Source: Dehalococcoidia bacterium
GTDB taxonomy: Bacteria; Chloroflexota; Dehalococcoidia; Lucifugimonadales; UBA3495
Direction of reading: 5' to 3'
Assembly: GCA_034428795.1 (NCBI GenBank)
Contig: DAOUHF010000071.1
Span: forward strand, 19,256-83,255
DNA length: 64,000 nt
Made by a program: the position numbers and the translations under genes. Below the pieces are notes generated by a model. It was not told the DNA's origin and made no database searches. It saw only the letters and a list, made by a program, of their open reading frames with translations. Numbering within the stretch: the stretch's first letter is position 1; every line of letters starts with the position of its first letter. Positions 16,716-25,055 of this stretch are shown here, piece by piece.

Positions 16716-17777
16716 CTACCCGAACGCCGCCTGCTCTCCCACCAGTAACTCCAGGGCCAACTCCGGCTCCAGTTGCCCCTGCTTGATGGCAAGGTCGGCC
16801 TCCAACAACCGGTTGTAGCGCCAGACGATATCCGGAAGCGGGTGACGGCGGGCCTGTTCCAGGGTCTTGCGGACCACGAAATCCGAGGATACGCCCAATC
16901 GTCCGCCGATTTCGCCTGCGGCCACACCCTGATCGATGGCGTCCCGGGCCAAGGCCAACAACCGTAGTTGCCGCTCCACCATACTGATGATGTAGGGAGC
17001 TTCCCGGCCGTCTTCCTTGAGGTCGTGCAAGAGACGCAACGCTACGGTCGGACGCCCATCGATCATGGCGTCGACGGCGACGAAGATGCTTGCCTCCCGG
17101 ACCTGGGACACCATGGACTGAACGTCGGCCTCGGCAATCTCCCGAGACCCCCGGCCGGAGACGTACAGCGACAGCTTCTCCAACTCCTGTTCCAGGGTCC
17201 AGAGGTCGTTGCCCACGAGATCGGTGAGGGAGCGGATCGCGGAGGGTGAGATGGCAGCGCCTTTGGCTTCCGCCGCCTCCTTGGTCCAACGGGCGAGCGC
17301 CTCGCCCCTGGGAGCCGACAGCTCTTCAACCTGGCACACGGGACGCAGCAGCCGCAACAATGGGTTGTTCCCCGATAACGGTCCGTCGATAAACGTCAGC
17401 ACCGTGGATTCGGGCATATTGGGAATGCCGTCAGCCAGCGCCCGCCATTCATTGACCGCCGGCGAGTCAGCGGAAGCCGCCCTCCGGCCCGAACGCTGCC
17501 TGCCAGTGGACGACTCAGCCGTGCCCAGGAGCCCTTCCATTACAATCACCCGGTGGTCGTCCATAAAGGGGATGGCGTAGACGATGCTGAGGACTTCGGC
17601 CGGATTCGCCCGGCTCCCTTGCAACCGGTGACGGTTGGCGTCCAGCACCCCTTCCGGGGCCTGTTCCGCTTCCAGTTGGGCCAGGCGCCGGGGAGCGAGA
17701 AAACCATCGCCGAAGATTACGGTAGCGGGCAACCAGTCCTCACGGGCAACCAGTCCTAAATCGAGGCCATGGGCCAA
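16716..17777 (-). CDS. holA: DNA polymerase III subunit delta
   Basis: VIFGDGFL...IPFMDDHRVIVMEG...clamp-loader delta-type layout over ~340 aa. The start is TTG at 17777, or TTG at 17732 downstream of a 17-bp duplication. Confidence 0.75.
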   Translation of the reverse strand: MAHGLDLGLVAREDWLPATVIFGDGFLAPRRLAQLEAEQAPEGVLDANRHRLQGSRANPAEVLSIVYAIPFMDDHRVIVMEGLLGTAESSTGRQRSGRRAASADSPAVNEWRALADGIPNMPESTVLTFIDGPLSGNNPLLRLLRPVCQVEELSAPRGEALARWTKEAAEAKGAAISPSAIRSLTDLVGNDLWTLEQELEKLSLYVSGRGSREIAEADVQSMVSQVREASIFVAVDAMIDGRPTVALRLLHDLKEDGREAPYIISMVERQLRLLALARDAIDQGVAAGEIGGRLGVSSDFVVRKTLEQARRHPLPDIVWRYNRLLEADLAIKQGQLEPELALELLVGEQAAFG

Positions 17778-17780
17778 TAC

Positions 17781-18119
17781 CTACGGTTCGCAGTCCAAAG
17801 CGGCCAGCAGGCCGTCCAGTTCGCTGTCGCTCCCGAAGGCGCATCGCCGGGCCATCCGGTACAGATTATCCAGGTTGGACTTGTGCACTGAGCCCTGAGG
17901 CGTATCGACGTTGATCCAGTCGACTACCCGGCCGCGCTTGTTGAGGACTTTTAACGTCGGGATGTCGGAGCCAATGCCTCGCCAGTCCATGTCGATAACG
18001 ATGGAGAGATCTCCCACCAGAGCAATGAACGTGTCCTCATCCGTGGTAGGCTTCCAAGCCACCTTGTCGGCCTGGGTCCTTTCCAGGAGCTTGTTGAGGA
18101 TATCGATCATCGTTGCCAT
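17781..18119 (-). CDS. Hypothetical protein (paralog 1 of a tandem pair), family not recognised
   Basis: 112 aa ORF that stops 3 nt before the holA start. Clearly alignable with the next ORF (ILNKLLERTQADKVAWK / IAVKLMERTRERRIPWK; LYRMARRCAFGSDSELDGLLAALD / LFQAAKRSAQGVDERLNELLTTLE). Confidence 0.6.
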   Translation of the reverse strand: MATMIDILNKLLERTQADKVAWKPTTDEDTFIALVGDLSIVIDMDWRGIGSDIPTLKVLNKRGRVVDWINVDTPQGSVHKSNLDNLYRMARRCAFGSDSELDGLLAALDCEP

Positions 18120-18178
18120 GCAGGGTCACCTCGGGCGGTTGGTGTGGGACCTGGTTTCCGTCGGCGGGCAGCCTTTGA

Positions 18179-18514
18179 TTACAGCCCAGTCTCCAGCGTA
18201 GTCAACAACTCATTCAAACGCTCGTCCACGCCCTGCGCCGAGCGTTTCGCCGCCTGGAACAACCGCACGAGTAACTCATTCTCATCGTCGAAACCGCCGC
18301 GATACTGAAGGAATTCCAACTCGGTCCCCTTTTCGTCGAATATGGCAAGCTTGATCAATGTTCGATTCGCAGTGTCCGCTTGAGAAGAAATCATCACTGA
18401 CAAGTTACCGATAACGGCTGAAAAGAAGTTCGGATTTACTGAAGTTTTCCACGGTATCCTTCTTTCCCTGGTGCGTTCCATCAATTTTACGGCGATTTCA
18501 TTCATACCGGCCAT
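18179..18514 (-). CDS. Hypothetical protein (paralog 2 of a tandem pair), family not recognised
   Basis: Start placed at ATG 18512-18514 (MAGMNEIAVKLMERT...). The track ORF extends to 18544. About 47% GC in a 60-bp sample I counted, versus an estimated >60% elsewhere. Confidence 0.6.
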   Translation of the reverse strand: MAGMNEIAVKLMERTRERRIPWKTSVNPNFFSAVIGNLSVMISSQADTANRTLIKLAIFDEKGTELEFLQYRGGFDDENELLVRLFQAAKRSAQGVDERLNELLTTLETGL

Positions 18515-18518
18515 GTCA

Positions 18519-18650
18519 TTACCCCACTGTGGCGGTTTCGGCACCGCGTGCCACCGTACGGGCCTGTAATGCCACTCGTATCGCGAACACCAGTCCTATG
18601 CTTGATACGACAAGACCAGCCAAGCTGACAAAACTGCCCCACATATCCAT
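18519..18650 (-). CDS. Possible 43-aa single-pass membrane peptide
   Basis: My translation: MDMWGSFVSLAGLVVSSIGLVFAIRVALQARTVARGAETATVG*. The stop lies 4 nt upstream of the ATG of paralog 2. Too short for the ORF track and has no homology evidence. Confidence 0.3.
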   Translation of the reverse strand: MDMWGSFVSLAGLVVSSIGLVFAIRVALQARTVARGAETATVG

Positions 18651-18657
18651 TACGGAC

Positions 18658-18786
18658 CTAGGGAACCTCTGAACAAGTTATGGTCATTGAGGCGAAAGCC
18701 GAAATCTCGGAGGAGAGCTTAACGATATTACCCCCATCCTAACCTTCCCCCATCGGGGGGAAGGGACTTGTTCAGATGTTCCCTAG
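18658..18786 (-). mobile_element. MITE-like inverted-repeat element, copy 3 (129 bp)
   Basis: Near-identical to copy 2 and in the same orientation. Its right-hand terminal CTAG region contains the TAG stop (18783-18785, minus strand) of the neighbouring 136-aa gene. Confidence 0.85.
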
Positions 18787-19193
18787 GCGGAGATCTCCTG
18801 GTGGCGGGGGTGGAAGCCTGACTTGTCCTCGCAGGCGCCTGTTTCGGGGAAGATTTGAGTGTAGATGGCGCGGGAGCGGGCCGTTACTGTCTTGGTGACC
18901 CTTTCGTAAAGCGCCGTGGGGTCCGCGTTTTGCGCTTGGTACATCTCGTGCCGCAGCGCGCTGGAATCCTCCATTTCCCACAGGCACATGTACTTGAGCA
19001 TTCCGTCGTCGCCGCTCTCCAGCTTGAACCGCCGGGCGCTGACGTAACCCGGAATCTCCAGCCGTTCCGGAATATGCTGCTGGTTGTACCAGCGGTGGAA
19101 CTCTTCTTCGTCGGCGGGGTCTACGTCCATCATTACCACCATCACGGTGGAGCCGATGCGCTGTGTCGGAGTGTCGCCGTTTCGGTCCTGCAT
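18783..19193 (-). CDS. Small dimeric alpha/beta-barrel-type protein (DUF4286/EthD-like)
   Basis: This is only the C-terminal 136 aa of the 562-aa track ORF. VVMMDVDPADEEEFHRWYNQQHIPERLEIPGYVSARRFKL...YMCLWEMED resembles that family from memory. The rest of the long ORF is antisense to glmS. Confidence 0.55.
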   Translation of the reverse strand: MQDRNGDTPTQRIGSTVMVVMMDVDPADEEEFHRWYNQQHIPERLEIPGYVSARRFKLESGDDGMLKYMCLWEMEDSSALRHEMYQAQNADPTALYERVTKTVTARSRAIYTQIFPETGACEDKSGFHPRHQEISA

Positions 19194-19219
19194 CTTGGGG
19201 GCCCTCTCGCAAATTTCCC

Positions 19220-19248
19220 TTGTCCGCCAGTGAGGGGTAGTATAGCAT
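19220..19248 (+). promoter_or_regulatory. Candidate sigma70-type promoter for glmS (TTGTCC-N17-TAGCAT)
   Basis: Read directly. Spacing counted as 17 nt. Confidence 0.35.
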
Positions 19249-19265
19249 TGGTGAGATTGCGGGCC

Positions 19266-19300
19266 GGGTGTTGCGTCCGGGTGTTGCGTCCGGGTGTTCC
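19266..19300. repeat. 13-bp tandem repeat (gggtgttgcgtcc x2.7) in the glmS leader
   Basis: Read directly. Confidence 0.9.
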
Positions 19301-19331
19301 AAAAAAGAATGCAGTCAGGCAGGATGAATTT

Positions 19332-21194
19332 GTGTGCGGAATAGTCGCGTATGTTGGTAACGATGACGCTTGGCCGATAATCTACGAAGGGTTGCAGCGG
19401 CTGGAATACCGCGGCTACGACAGCGCCGGGATCGCCGTAGTCAGTCCTTCCGGCCAGTTCCACCTTCGTAAGACGGTGGGAAAGGTCAACGGACTGGAGG
19501 ACCTGGACGCGGGCTCCCACCCCGACGGCTACGTCGGCCTGGGACACACCCGCTGGGCCACGCACGGCCGGCCATCCCAAGCCAACGCCCACCCCCATAC
19601 CGACTGCAACGACCGGGTTGTCGTGGTCCACAATGGCATCGTCGAAAATTACCGTGAGATCAAACGACGGTTGACCGCCAGCGGCCACGTGTTCCGGTCG
19701 GAGACCGACACCGAGGTGCTGACGCATCTCGTAGAAGAGGGTCTCGACCTGGGACTGGACTTTCCGGAGGCATTCCGCCGAATGGGAGGCCTGGTGGAGG
19801 GGTCCCAGGCAATCATGGCCATGCTGCTGGACGACGATACCGAGATCTGCGCCCTGCGCCTGGGGTACGCCGGCGGCATCGTGGTAGCCCATCACGGCGA
19901 ACAGGCCATGATGGGCAGTGATCTGCCCGCATTGCTGCCCATGCTGGAGCGAAATACCCAGATCCGGGAGGTGGGCTTCCTGGAAGCCGGGGAAGTGGCC
20001 ATAATAAACCGGAACGGCGTCGAGTATCAGGACCTTCAGGGCGGGCAGTTGGCCAAACAGACCCGGAGTGTTTCTCAGGATGAGATGGTCGCCGACAAGG
20101 GCGGCTATCACCACTACATGCTCAAAGAGATCATGGAGCAGCCCCAAGCCGTGGCCAGCGCCATGCGTGAGCGGGTGGACTTCGAACGCGGCCGGGTGGA
20201 ACTGCCGGAATTCCCGCTGTCTCCCGCACAGATCGCCGGTCTTGACCGGGTGGTCTTTACCGGCTGCGGCACCAGCCTCCATGCCGCCCAAGTGGGGCGG
20301 CACCTCATGGAGCGTTTCGGCGGGCTTCCCGCCGAGGCCGAAAGCGCCTCGGAGTTCCGCTACCGTGACCCCTACATTGGGGCCAGTACCCTGGTCGTCG
20401 CCATCGGACAATCGGGAGAGACTGCCGACACGGTGGCCGCCATGCAACTCTCCCGGGAGAAAGGGGCCCATCTGGTCGCCATTTGCAACGCCGAGGGCAG
20501 CCAGGCCGCCCGGATGGCGGACGGCGCACTATACATGCGTTCCGGCCTGGAGGTGGGCGTCGCCAGCACCAAGACGTTTATCGCGTCGCTGACGATATTG
20601 AACCTGCTGGCCATATATATCGGGCAGTCCCGTGGTTTCCTGGAACCGGAAGCGACAAAAAAGCTGGTGGAAGGGCTGGCCCAGTGCCCCCGGCTGATCG
20701 GCGAAATGCTGGCCGGGTCGGAGGAATACCGTCAACTGGCCGAGAAGTGCGCCGACTATAACAATTTCCTGTTCCTGGCGCGCGGTCCCAACGCCCCCAT
20801 CGCCCTGGAAGGGGCGCTGAAGCTCAAAGAGATAAGCTACATCCACGCCGAGGGATACCCAGCGGGAGAGATGAAACACGGCCCCATCGCCTTGATTGAC
20901 CCGGGGATGTGTACGGTAGCCCTGGCTCCGAGGGACGCGCTGTACAACAAGGTGGCCGGCAACCTGAAAGAGGTCAAGGCGAGGGACGGCACGGTCTTGG
21001 CCGTGCTCACCGCCGGCGACACCGACTTGGCCCAAGACGTGGACTTTCCCGTTTACATCCCCGAGGCCCCCGACCACCTGGTCCCCATCCTGGCCACCAT
21101 TCCGCTCCAGTTATTGGCCTATCACGTCGGCCTGCTGCGCGGATGCGACGTGGACCAACCCAGGAACCTGGCCAAGTCGGTCACCGTAGAGTAG
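19332..21194 (+). CDS. glmS: Glutamine--fructose-6-phosphate aminotransferase
   Basis: GTG start giving MCGIVAYVG (N-terminal Cys nucleophile). Two SIS domains; C-terminal NLAKSVTVE. Confidence 0.95.
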   Translation: MCGIVAYVGNDDAWPIIYEGLQRLEYRGYDSAGIAVVSPSGQFHLRKTVGKVNGLEDLDAGSHPDGYVGLGHTRWATHGRPSQANAHPHTDCNDRVVVVHNGIVENYREIKRRLTASGHVFRSETDTEVLTHLVEEGLDLGLDFPEAFRRMGGLVEGSQAIMAMLLDDDTEICALRLGYAGGIVVAHHGEQAMMGSDLPALLPMLERNTQIREVGFLEAGEVAIINRNGVEYQDLQGGQLAKQTRSVSQDEMVADKGGYHHYMLKEIMEQPQAVASAMRERVDFERGRVELPEFPLSPAQIAGLDRVVFTGCGTSLHAAQVGRHLMERFGGLPAEAESASEFRYRDPYIGASTLVVAIGQSGETADTVAAMQLSREKGAHLVAICNAEGSQAARMADGALYMRSGLEVGVASTKTFIASLTILNLLAIYIGQSRGFLEPEATKKLVEGLAQCPRLIGEMLAGSEEYRQLAEKCADYNNFLFLARGPNAPIALEGALKLKEISYIHAEGYPAGEMKHGPIALIDPGMCTVALAPRDALYNKVAGNLKEVKARDGTVLAVLTAGDTDLAQDVDFPVYIPEAPDHLVPILATIPLQLLAYHVGLLRGCDVDQPRNLAKSVTVE

Positions 21195-21377
21195 GGTTAA
21201 CCAGCCCACCGTCCCGCCAACCACCTTCGCTGCTGCCCCTGGTATCCATCCGGAGGCTCCTCTCTTCGTCAACGCCTGGTTATGTCGAGCCAATCCGTTG
21301 GCCGTTCGACAATAGTCGTTGACAACCGTCCGATTATCTGTTGAACTCGGCAATCGTGCGATGGAATTATAGAGTCC

Positions 21378-22820
21378 GTGAAAAACTCGATGCCAGTCGA
21401 GCAACTTACCCAAGTCTGGAACCAAGATGGAAGGATTGATCCGATGTACCTGAAACTCGACCATCCCCCGGTTCACTACGAGGACTATGTTCCATTGATC
21501 GACCCTCAATTGGCCGCCAAACTCGATTCCATCCGTTCGGAGATGGGAAACCAGAGGGTCCTGCACCTCAACAGCACCGCCACCGGGGGAGGCGTGGCCG
21601 AGGTCCTCCAGTCAATGGTGCCTCTGAGCAACTCCTTGGGCATCGAGACCGAAAGGATCGTAATCAACCCGCCCTATCCCGAATTCTTCCAGGCCACCAA
21701 GAAGATACACAACCTCCTGCAGGGGGCCGAAGGCTCGTTGACCGGCGAGGAATGGGAAGTCTACTTCCGTTCCATCAAGGAAGTGGCCCGCGCCATGAAA
21801 CGGGACGCTCTGAAGGCCGACGTGTGGGTGCTTCATGACCCCCAGTTGTTGCCCTTGGCCCAATTCCTGCGGGAGCAGGACGGCTCCACCTGGCTGTGGG
21901 TGTGCCACATAGACCTCACGACTCCCAACGACAGCGTTTTGGACACGCTGCTGCCGTTGACCGGCCACTACGATCACCTGGTGTTCAGCCTGCAGGACTA
22001 CGTTCCCGACGGCTTGGACTGCCGGACGCCGGTGCACATCGCACCGCCGGCCATCGACCCCCTCAGCGTAAAGAACACCGCCATGCCCGAGGATTCGGCC
22101 CGGAGCATCGTGTCGGCTATGGGGATAGACCCCAACCGGCCCCTCATCTCTCAAGTGTCGCGCTTCGACTTGTGGAAGGACCCCTGGGGGGTGGTGGACG
22201 CCTTCCGGACCGCCAGTGAATCCGTCCCTGGGCTGCAACTCGCGCTGTTGGGACTGAGCCAGGCCACCGACGACCCCGAGGCTCTGGACGTACTGGCCAG
22301 CGTCCGCGCCCACGCCGCCGGGGACCCGGACATTCATCTCTACTATGACCCGGCCGGTCTTCCCGATACGATCGACCGCATCGTCAATGCCTTTCAGGTG
22401 GCGTCGCTGGTGCTGATGCAGAAATCCACCAGGGAGGGCTTTGGTCTGACCGTTACCGAGGCCATGTGGAAGAGCCGGCCGGTCATCGGCGGCAACGCCG
22501 GAGGCATTAGAACGCAGATACAGGACGGCGTGACCGGGCACCTGGTTTCCTCGCCGGAGGAATGCGCCCGGCGCATCGTCGAGTTGGTCCAATCGCCGGA
22601 ATTGCGGTCGCGAATCGGCGGGGCCGCGCGGGAAAGCGTCCGCCAACGGTTTCTGCTGCCTCGCCTGACCCATGACTACCTGAGCGTGGCCCAGTCCCAC
22701 AAGTCGCAGCGCCAGCGTGCGTACGCCAACGGTGCGGACGAGGCGAGCGCCCTGGAAAACCTGATCCCCGGCCGCAGGCCGCAATTCCAGGTTGGCGCCC
22801 CCAACGCCCATTCCATTTAG
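21378..22820 (+). CDS. GT4-family glycosyltransferase, trehalose synthase (TreT)-like
   Basis: LNSTATGGGVAEVLQSM, SRFDLWKDPWGVVDAF, STREGFGLTVTEAMWK. The layout resembles trehalose glycosyltransferring synthase. Confidence 0.7.
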   Translation: MKNSMPVEQLTQVWNQDGRIDPMYLKLDHPPVHYEDYVPLIDPQLAAKLDSIRSEMGNQRVLHLNSTATGGGVAEVLQSMVPLSNSLGIETERIVINPPYPEFFQATKKIHNLLQGAEGSLTGEEWEVYFRSIKEVARAMKRDALKADVWVLHDPQLLPLAQFLREQDGSTWLWVCHIDLTTPNDSVLDTLLPLTGHYDHLVFSLQDYVPDGLDCRTPVHIAPPAIDPLSVKNTAMPEDSARSIVSAMGIDPNRPLISQVSRFDLWKDPWGVVDAFRTASESVPGLQLALLGLSQATDDPEALDVLASVRAHAAGDPDIHLYYDPAGLPDTIDRIVNAFQVASLVLMQKSTREGFGLTVTEAMWKSRPVIGGNAGGIRTQIQDGVTGHLVSSPEECARRIVELVQSPELRSRIGGAARESVRQRFLLPRLTHDYLSVAQSHKSQRQRAYANGADEASALENLIPGRRPQFQVGAPNAHSI

Positions 22821-22821
22821 G

Positions 22822-22886
22822 CCGGAAACTCTTTTCGGCCGGGACCCCTGGTTAGACCGGAAACTCTATTCGGCCGGTACCCCTGG
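22822..22886. repeat. 35-bp-period direct repeat (2 units of ccggaaactcTWttcggccggKacccctgg) right after the TreT-like stop
   Basis: Read directly. The first unit forms the hairpin GGCCGGAAA-ctc-TTTTCGGCC starting at the stop codon. Confidence 0.85.
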
Positions 22887-23013
22887 CCCGTCGGCCCAGA
22901 GCGCACCCAAGGCCGGGCCGGTTGCCCTTGGTACCTGGATGGGGTAGAGTCGGAATACAATCGCACAGGCTCCACGTGCCTGACAACCCGCAGGCCGGGG
23001 GCGGGAGACGTCC

Positions 23014-24114
23014 GTGGACACCACAACGGTAATCGTCATGATTGACGGCCTCGACCCTGAGTACCTGGACGTGTGCAAAGCCCCCAGGTTGGCGGAGATC
23101 GCCGCGCGCGGCTTCCGTACCGCCGCCAAGGCTTTGATGCCCACGGTAACCAACGTCAACAACGTGTCCCTGGTGACGGGCAGCTACCCAAGTTCCCACG
23201 GCATCACGTCCAACTATTGGTGGGACCGCGAGCGGGACGCCGAGTACTACATGGAGTCGGGGGAGTTCCTCTGCACGGAAACGATGTTCCAGAGGGCCAG
23301 GGCGAAAGAAGCGCGCTCGTTGCTGGTCACCGCCAAAGACAAGCTCCGCAGCCTGCTCAGCGACGGGACGACGATCAACGTCTCCTCCGAGAAACCGCCG
23401 GGCTGGCTGCCGCAGGATGTCGGTGAGCCTCCGCCGGTCTATTCCCTTGAGGTCAACCCGTGGGTCATAAACACTGGCCGCTATCTCATGGCGGAGCAGG
23501 AGTTTGACCTGGTCTACCTGACCACCACCGACTACGCGATGCACACCTATCCACCGGAACACCCGGAGTCCCAACGGCACATGACCCTGCTGGACGAAGC
23601 GATAGGCCGGTTGATGGACGATTTCCCCGATTCGCGCATTTTGATTACCGCCGACCACGGCATGTCCTCGAAACGGCGCATGGTGCATCTGCCGCAGGAA
23701 CTCAGCAGAGCGGGAATTGAGGCCCGGGCGGTCCCAATCATCAAAGATCTGTATACGGCACACCATTCTAATCTGGGCGGTTGCATCTACCTGTACCTGG
23801 ACCCGGATCGTGTGTCCTCAGCGATGGAAGTGCTGCTCAATACCGGCGGCGTCGACGAGGCCCTGCCTCGAGATGAAGCGGCCCGCCGGTTCCGGTTGAT
23901 GCCGGAACGCATCGGTGACATCATGGTCATGGGAGCCCCTGACGTCGTATTCGGAGACCCCGATGAAATCGAACTGCCGCCGGACCTCCGGTCGCACGCT
24001 TCGTCCCACGAGTCCGACGTGCCGGTCATTGGCTTTGGTCCCGGGCTGGAGCCGTCCCAATTCAGGGAGAACCGCGATGTGGGGCGCTTCGTTCTCGATC
24101 AACTTCTGGCCTGA
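23014..24114 (+). CDS. Alkaline-phosphatase superfamily, nucleotide pyrophosphatase/phosphodiesterase (phosphonoacetate hydrolase-like)
   Basis: VIVMIDGLDPEYL, MPTVTNVNNVSLVTGSYPSSHGITSNYW, ITADHGMS. Confidence 0.7.
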   Translation: MDTTTVIVMIDGLDPEYLDVCKAPRLAEIAARGFRTAAKALMPTVTNVNNVSLVTGSYPSSHGITSNYWWDRERDAEYYMESGEFLCTETMFQRARAKEARSLLVTAKDKLRSLLSDGTTINVSSEKPPGWLPQDVGEPPPVYSLEVNPWVINTGRYLMAEQEFDLVYLTTTDYAMHTYPPEHPESQRHMTLLDEAIGRLMDDFPDSRILITADHGMSSKRRMVHLPQELSRAGIEARAVPIIKDLYTAHHSNLGGCIYLYLDPDRVSSAMEVLLNTGGVDEALPRDEAARRFRLMPERIGDIMVMGAPDVVFGDPDEIELPPDLRSHASSHESDVPVIGFGPGLEPSQFRENRDVGRFVLDQLLA

Positions 24115-24126
24115 CCAGAACACCCC

Positions 24127-25053
24127 ATGAACGCCTTCTGTGTCGCCGCTCCCGCCACCACCGCCAACCTCGGGCCGGGATACGACTGCCTCGGACTAGC
24201 CCTTGACCTGTGGAACACCGTGGAAGTCGACGTGCTGCCCCGGGGATCGTCTCCCGTGGTCGAAGTGACCGGCGAGGGGGCCGGCGAACTCGAGGAGGGT
24301 ACCGGCAACCTGGTGTACCGGGCCATGGAGTTCCTGTTCGCCGAAGCGGATGCGGAGATGCCGCCGGTCGGCTTGCGTTGCCGAAACGAAATTCCCTTGG
24401 CCCGGGGCCTGGGCAGCAGCGCCGCCGCCATTGCCGGAGGCCTGGCCGCAGCCAATCACCTGTGCGATTCCAGGTTTCCGGCGGCTGACCTCCTGGAGAT
24501 GGCCGCCACCATCGAGGGCCACCCGGACAACGTGGCGGCGGCGGTGCTTGGCGGGTTGCGTTTGGTGGTCACGGAGGGGCGGCAGCTTTACACGGTCGCG
24601 GTGAACGTTCCATCCGAGATTCACGCGGTGTTATTCGTTCCCGAAGTCAGAATCGCCACGGCGGATGCCCGCGCCGTCATGCCGGAACAGGTGAGCGTGG
24701 CCGACGCCGTACACAACATGGGGCGGGTGGCCCTGCTGGTTGCGGGGATGGCGACGAATCACCCGGAGTACCTGGAAGTGGCCACCCAGGACCGGTTGCA
24801 CCAGCCCTACCGCCAACCGCTCTTCCCGGCTATGAAGCTTCTTTTCAAGGCCGCGCGGGACGCCGGCGCACTGGGGGCGTTTCTTTCAGGAAGCGGGTCG
24901 ACCGTCTTGGCGCTTACTCGCGGCCGGGAAATGACCGTGGCCTACGAGATGGCCGAGGCTGCCCGGCAGGCCGGGGTAGAGGGCGCCGTCAAGGTCACTC
25001 GCACCACCGAATTGGGAGCGCACCTGGTCGATAGTCCCGTTCGGGTCAACTAA
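24127..25053 (+). CDS. thrB: Homoserine kinase
   Basis: [36 protein letters not shown] (GHMP kinase motif). Confidence 0.9.
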   Translation: MNAFCVAAPATTANLGPGYDCLGLALDLWNTVEVDVLPRGSSPVVEVTGEGAGELEEGTGNLVYRAMEFLFAEADAEMPPVGLRCRNEIPLARGLGSSAAAIAGGLAAANHLCDSRFPAADLLEMAATIEGHPDNVAAAVLGGLRLVVTEGRQLYTVAVNVPSEIHAVLFVPEVRIATADARAVMPEQVSVADAVHNMGRVALLVAGMATNHPEYLEVATQDRLHQPYRQPLFPAMKLLFKAARDAGALGAFLSGSGSTVLALTRGREMTVAYEMAEAARQAGVEGAVKVTRTTELGAHLVDSPVRVN

Positions 25054-25055
25054 TC

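Noticed and set aside
16550-18786. MITE copies 2 and 3 (direct orientation) bracketing holA and the two paralog genes as a composite mobile unit
   Set aside because: The bracketed segment includes the essential holA and no transposase, and the elements are inverted-repeat units in their own right. The flanking is more simply explained by independent insertions at two gene ends. The lower-GC paralog insert is reported separately.
19194-19331. glmS ribozyme upstream of glmS
   Set aside because: Only ~140 nt are available, largely occupied by a promoter-like box and a 13-bp tandem repeat. I could not find the conserved ribozyme core segments. An Rfam scan would settle it.
18783-20471. 562-aa minus-strand ORF spanning the glmS region
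   Set aside because: From ~19330 onward it is antisense to a textbook glmS with all conserved motifs. Only its last 136 codons (18783-19193) look like a real gene. Long mirror ORFs are expected at this GC content.
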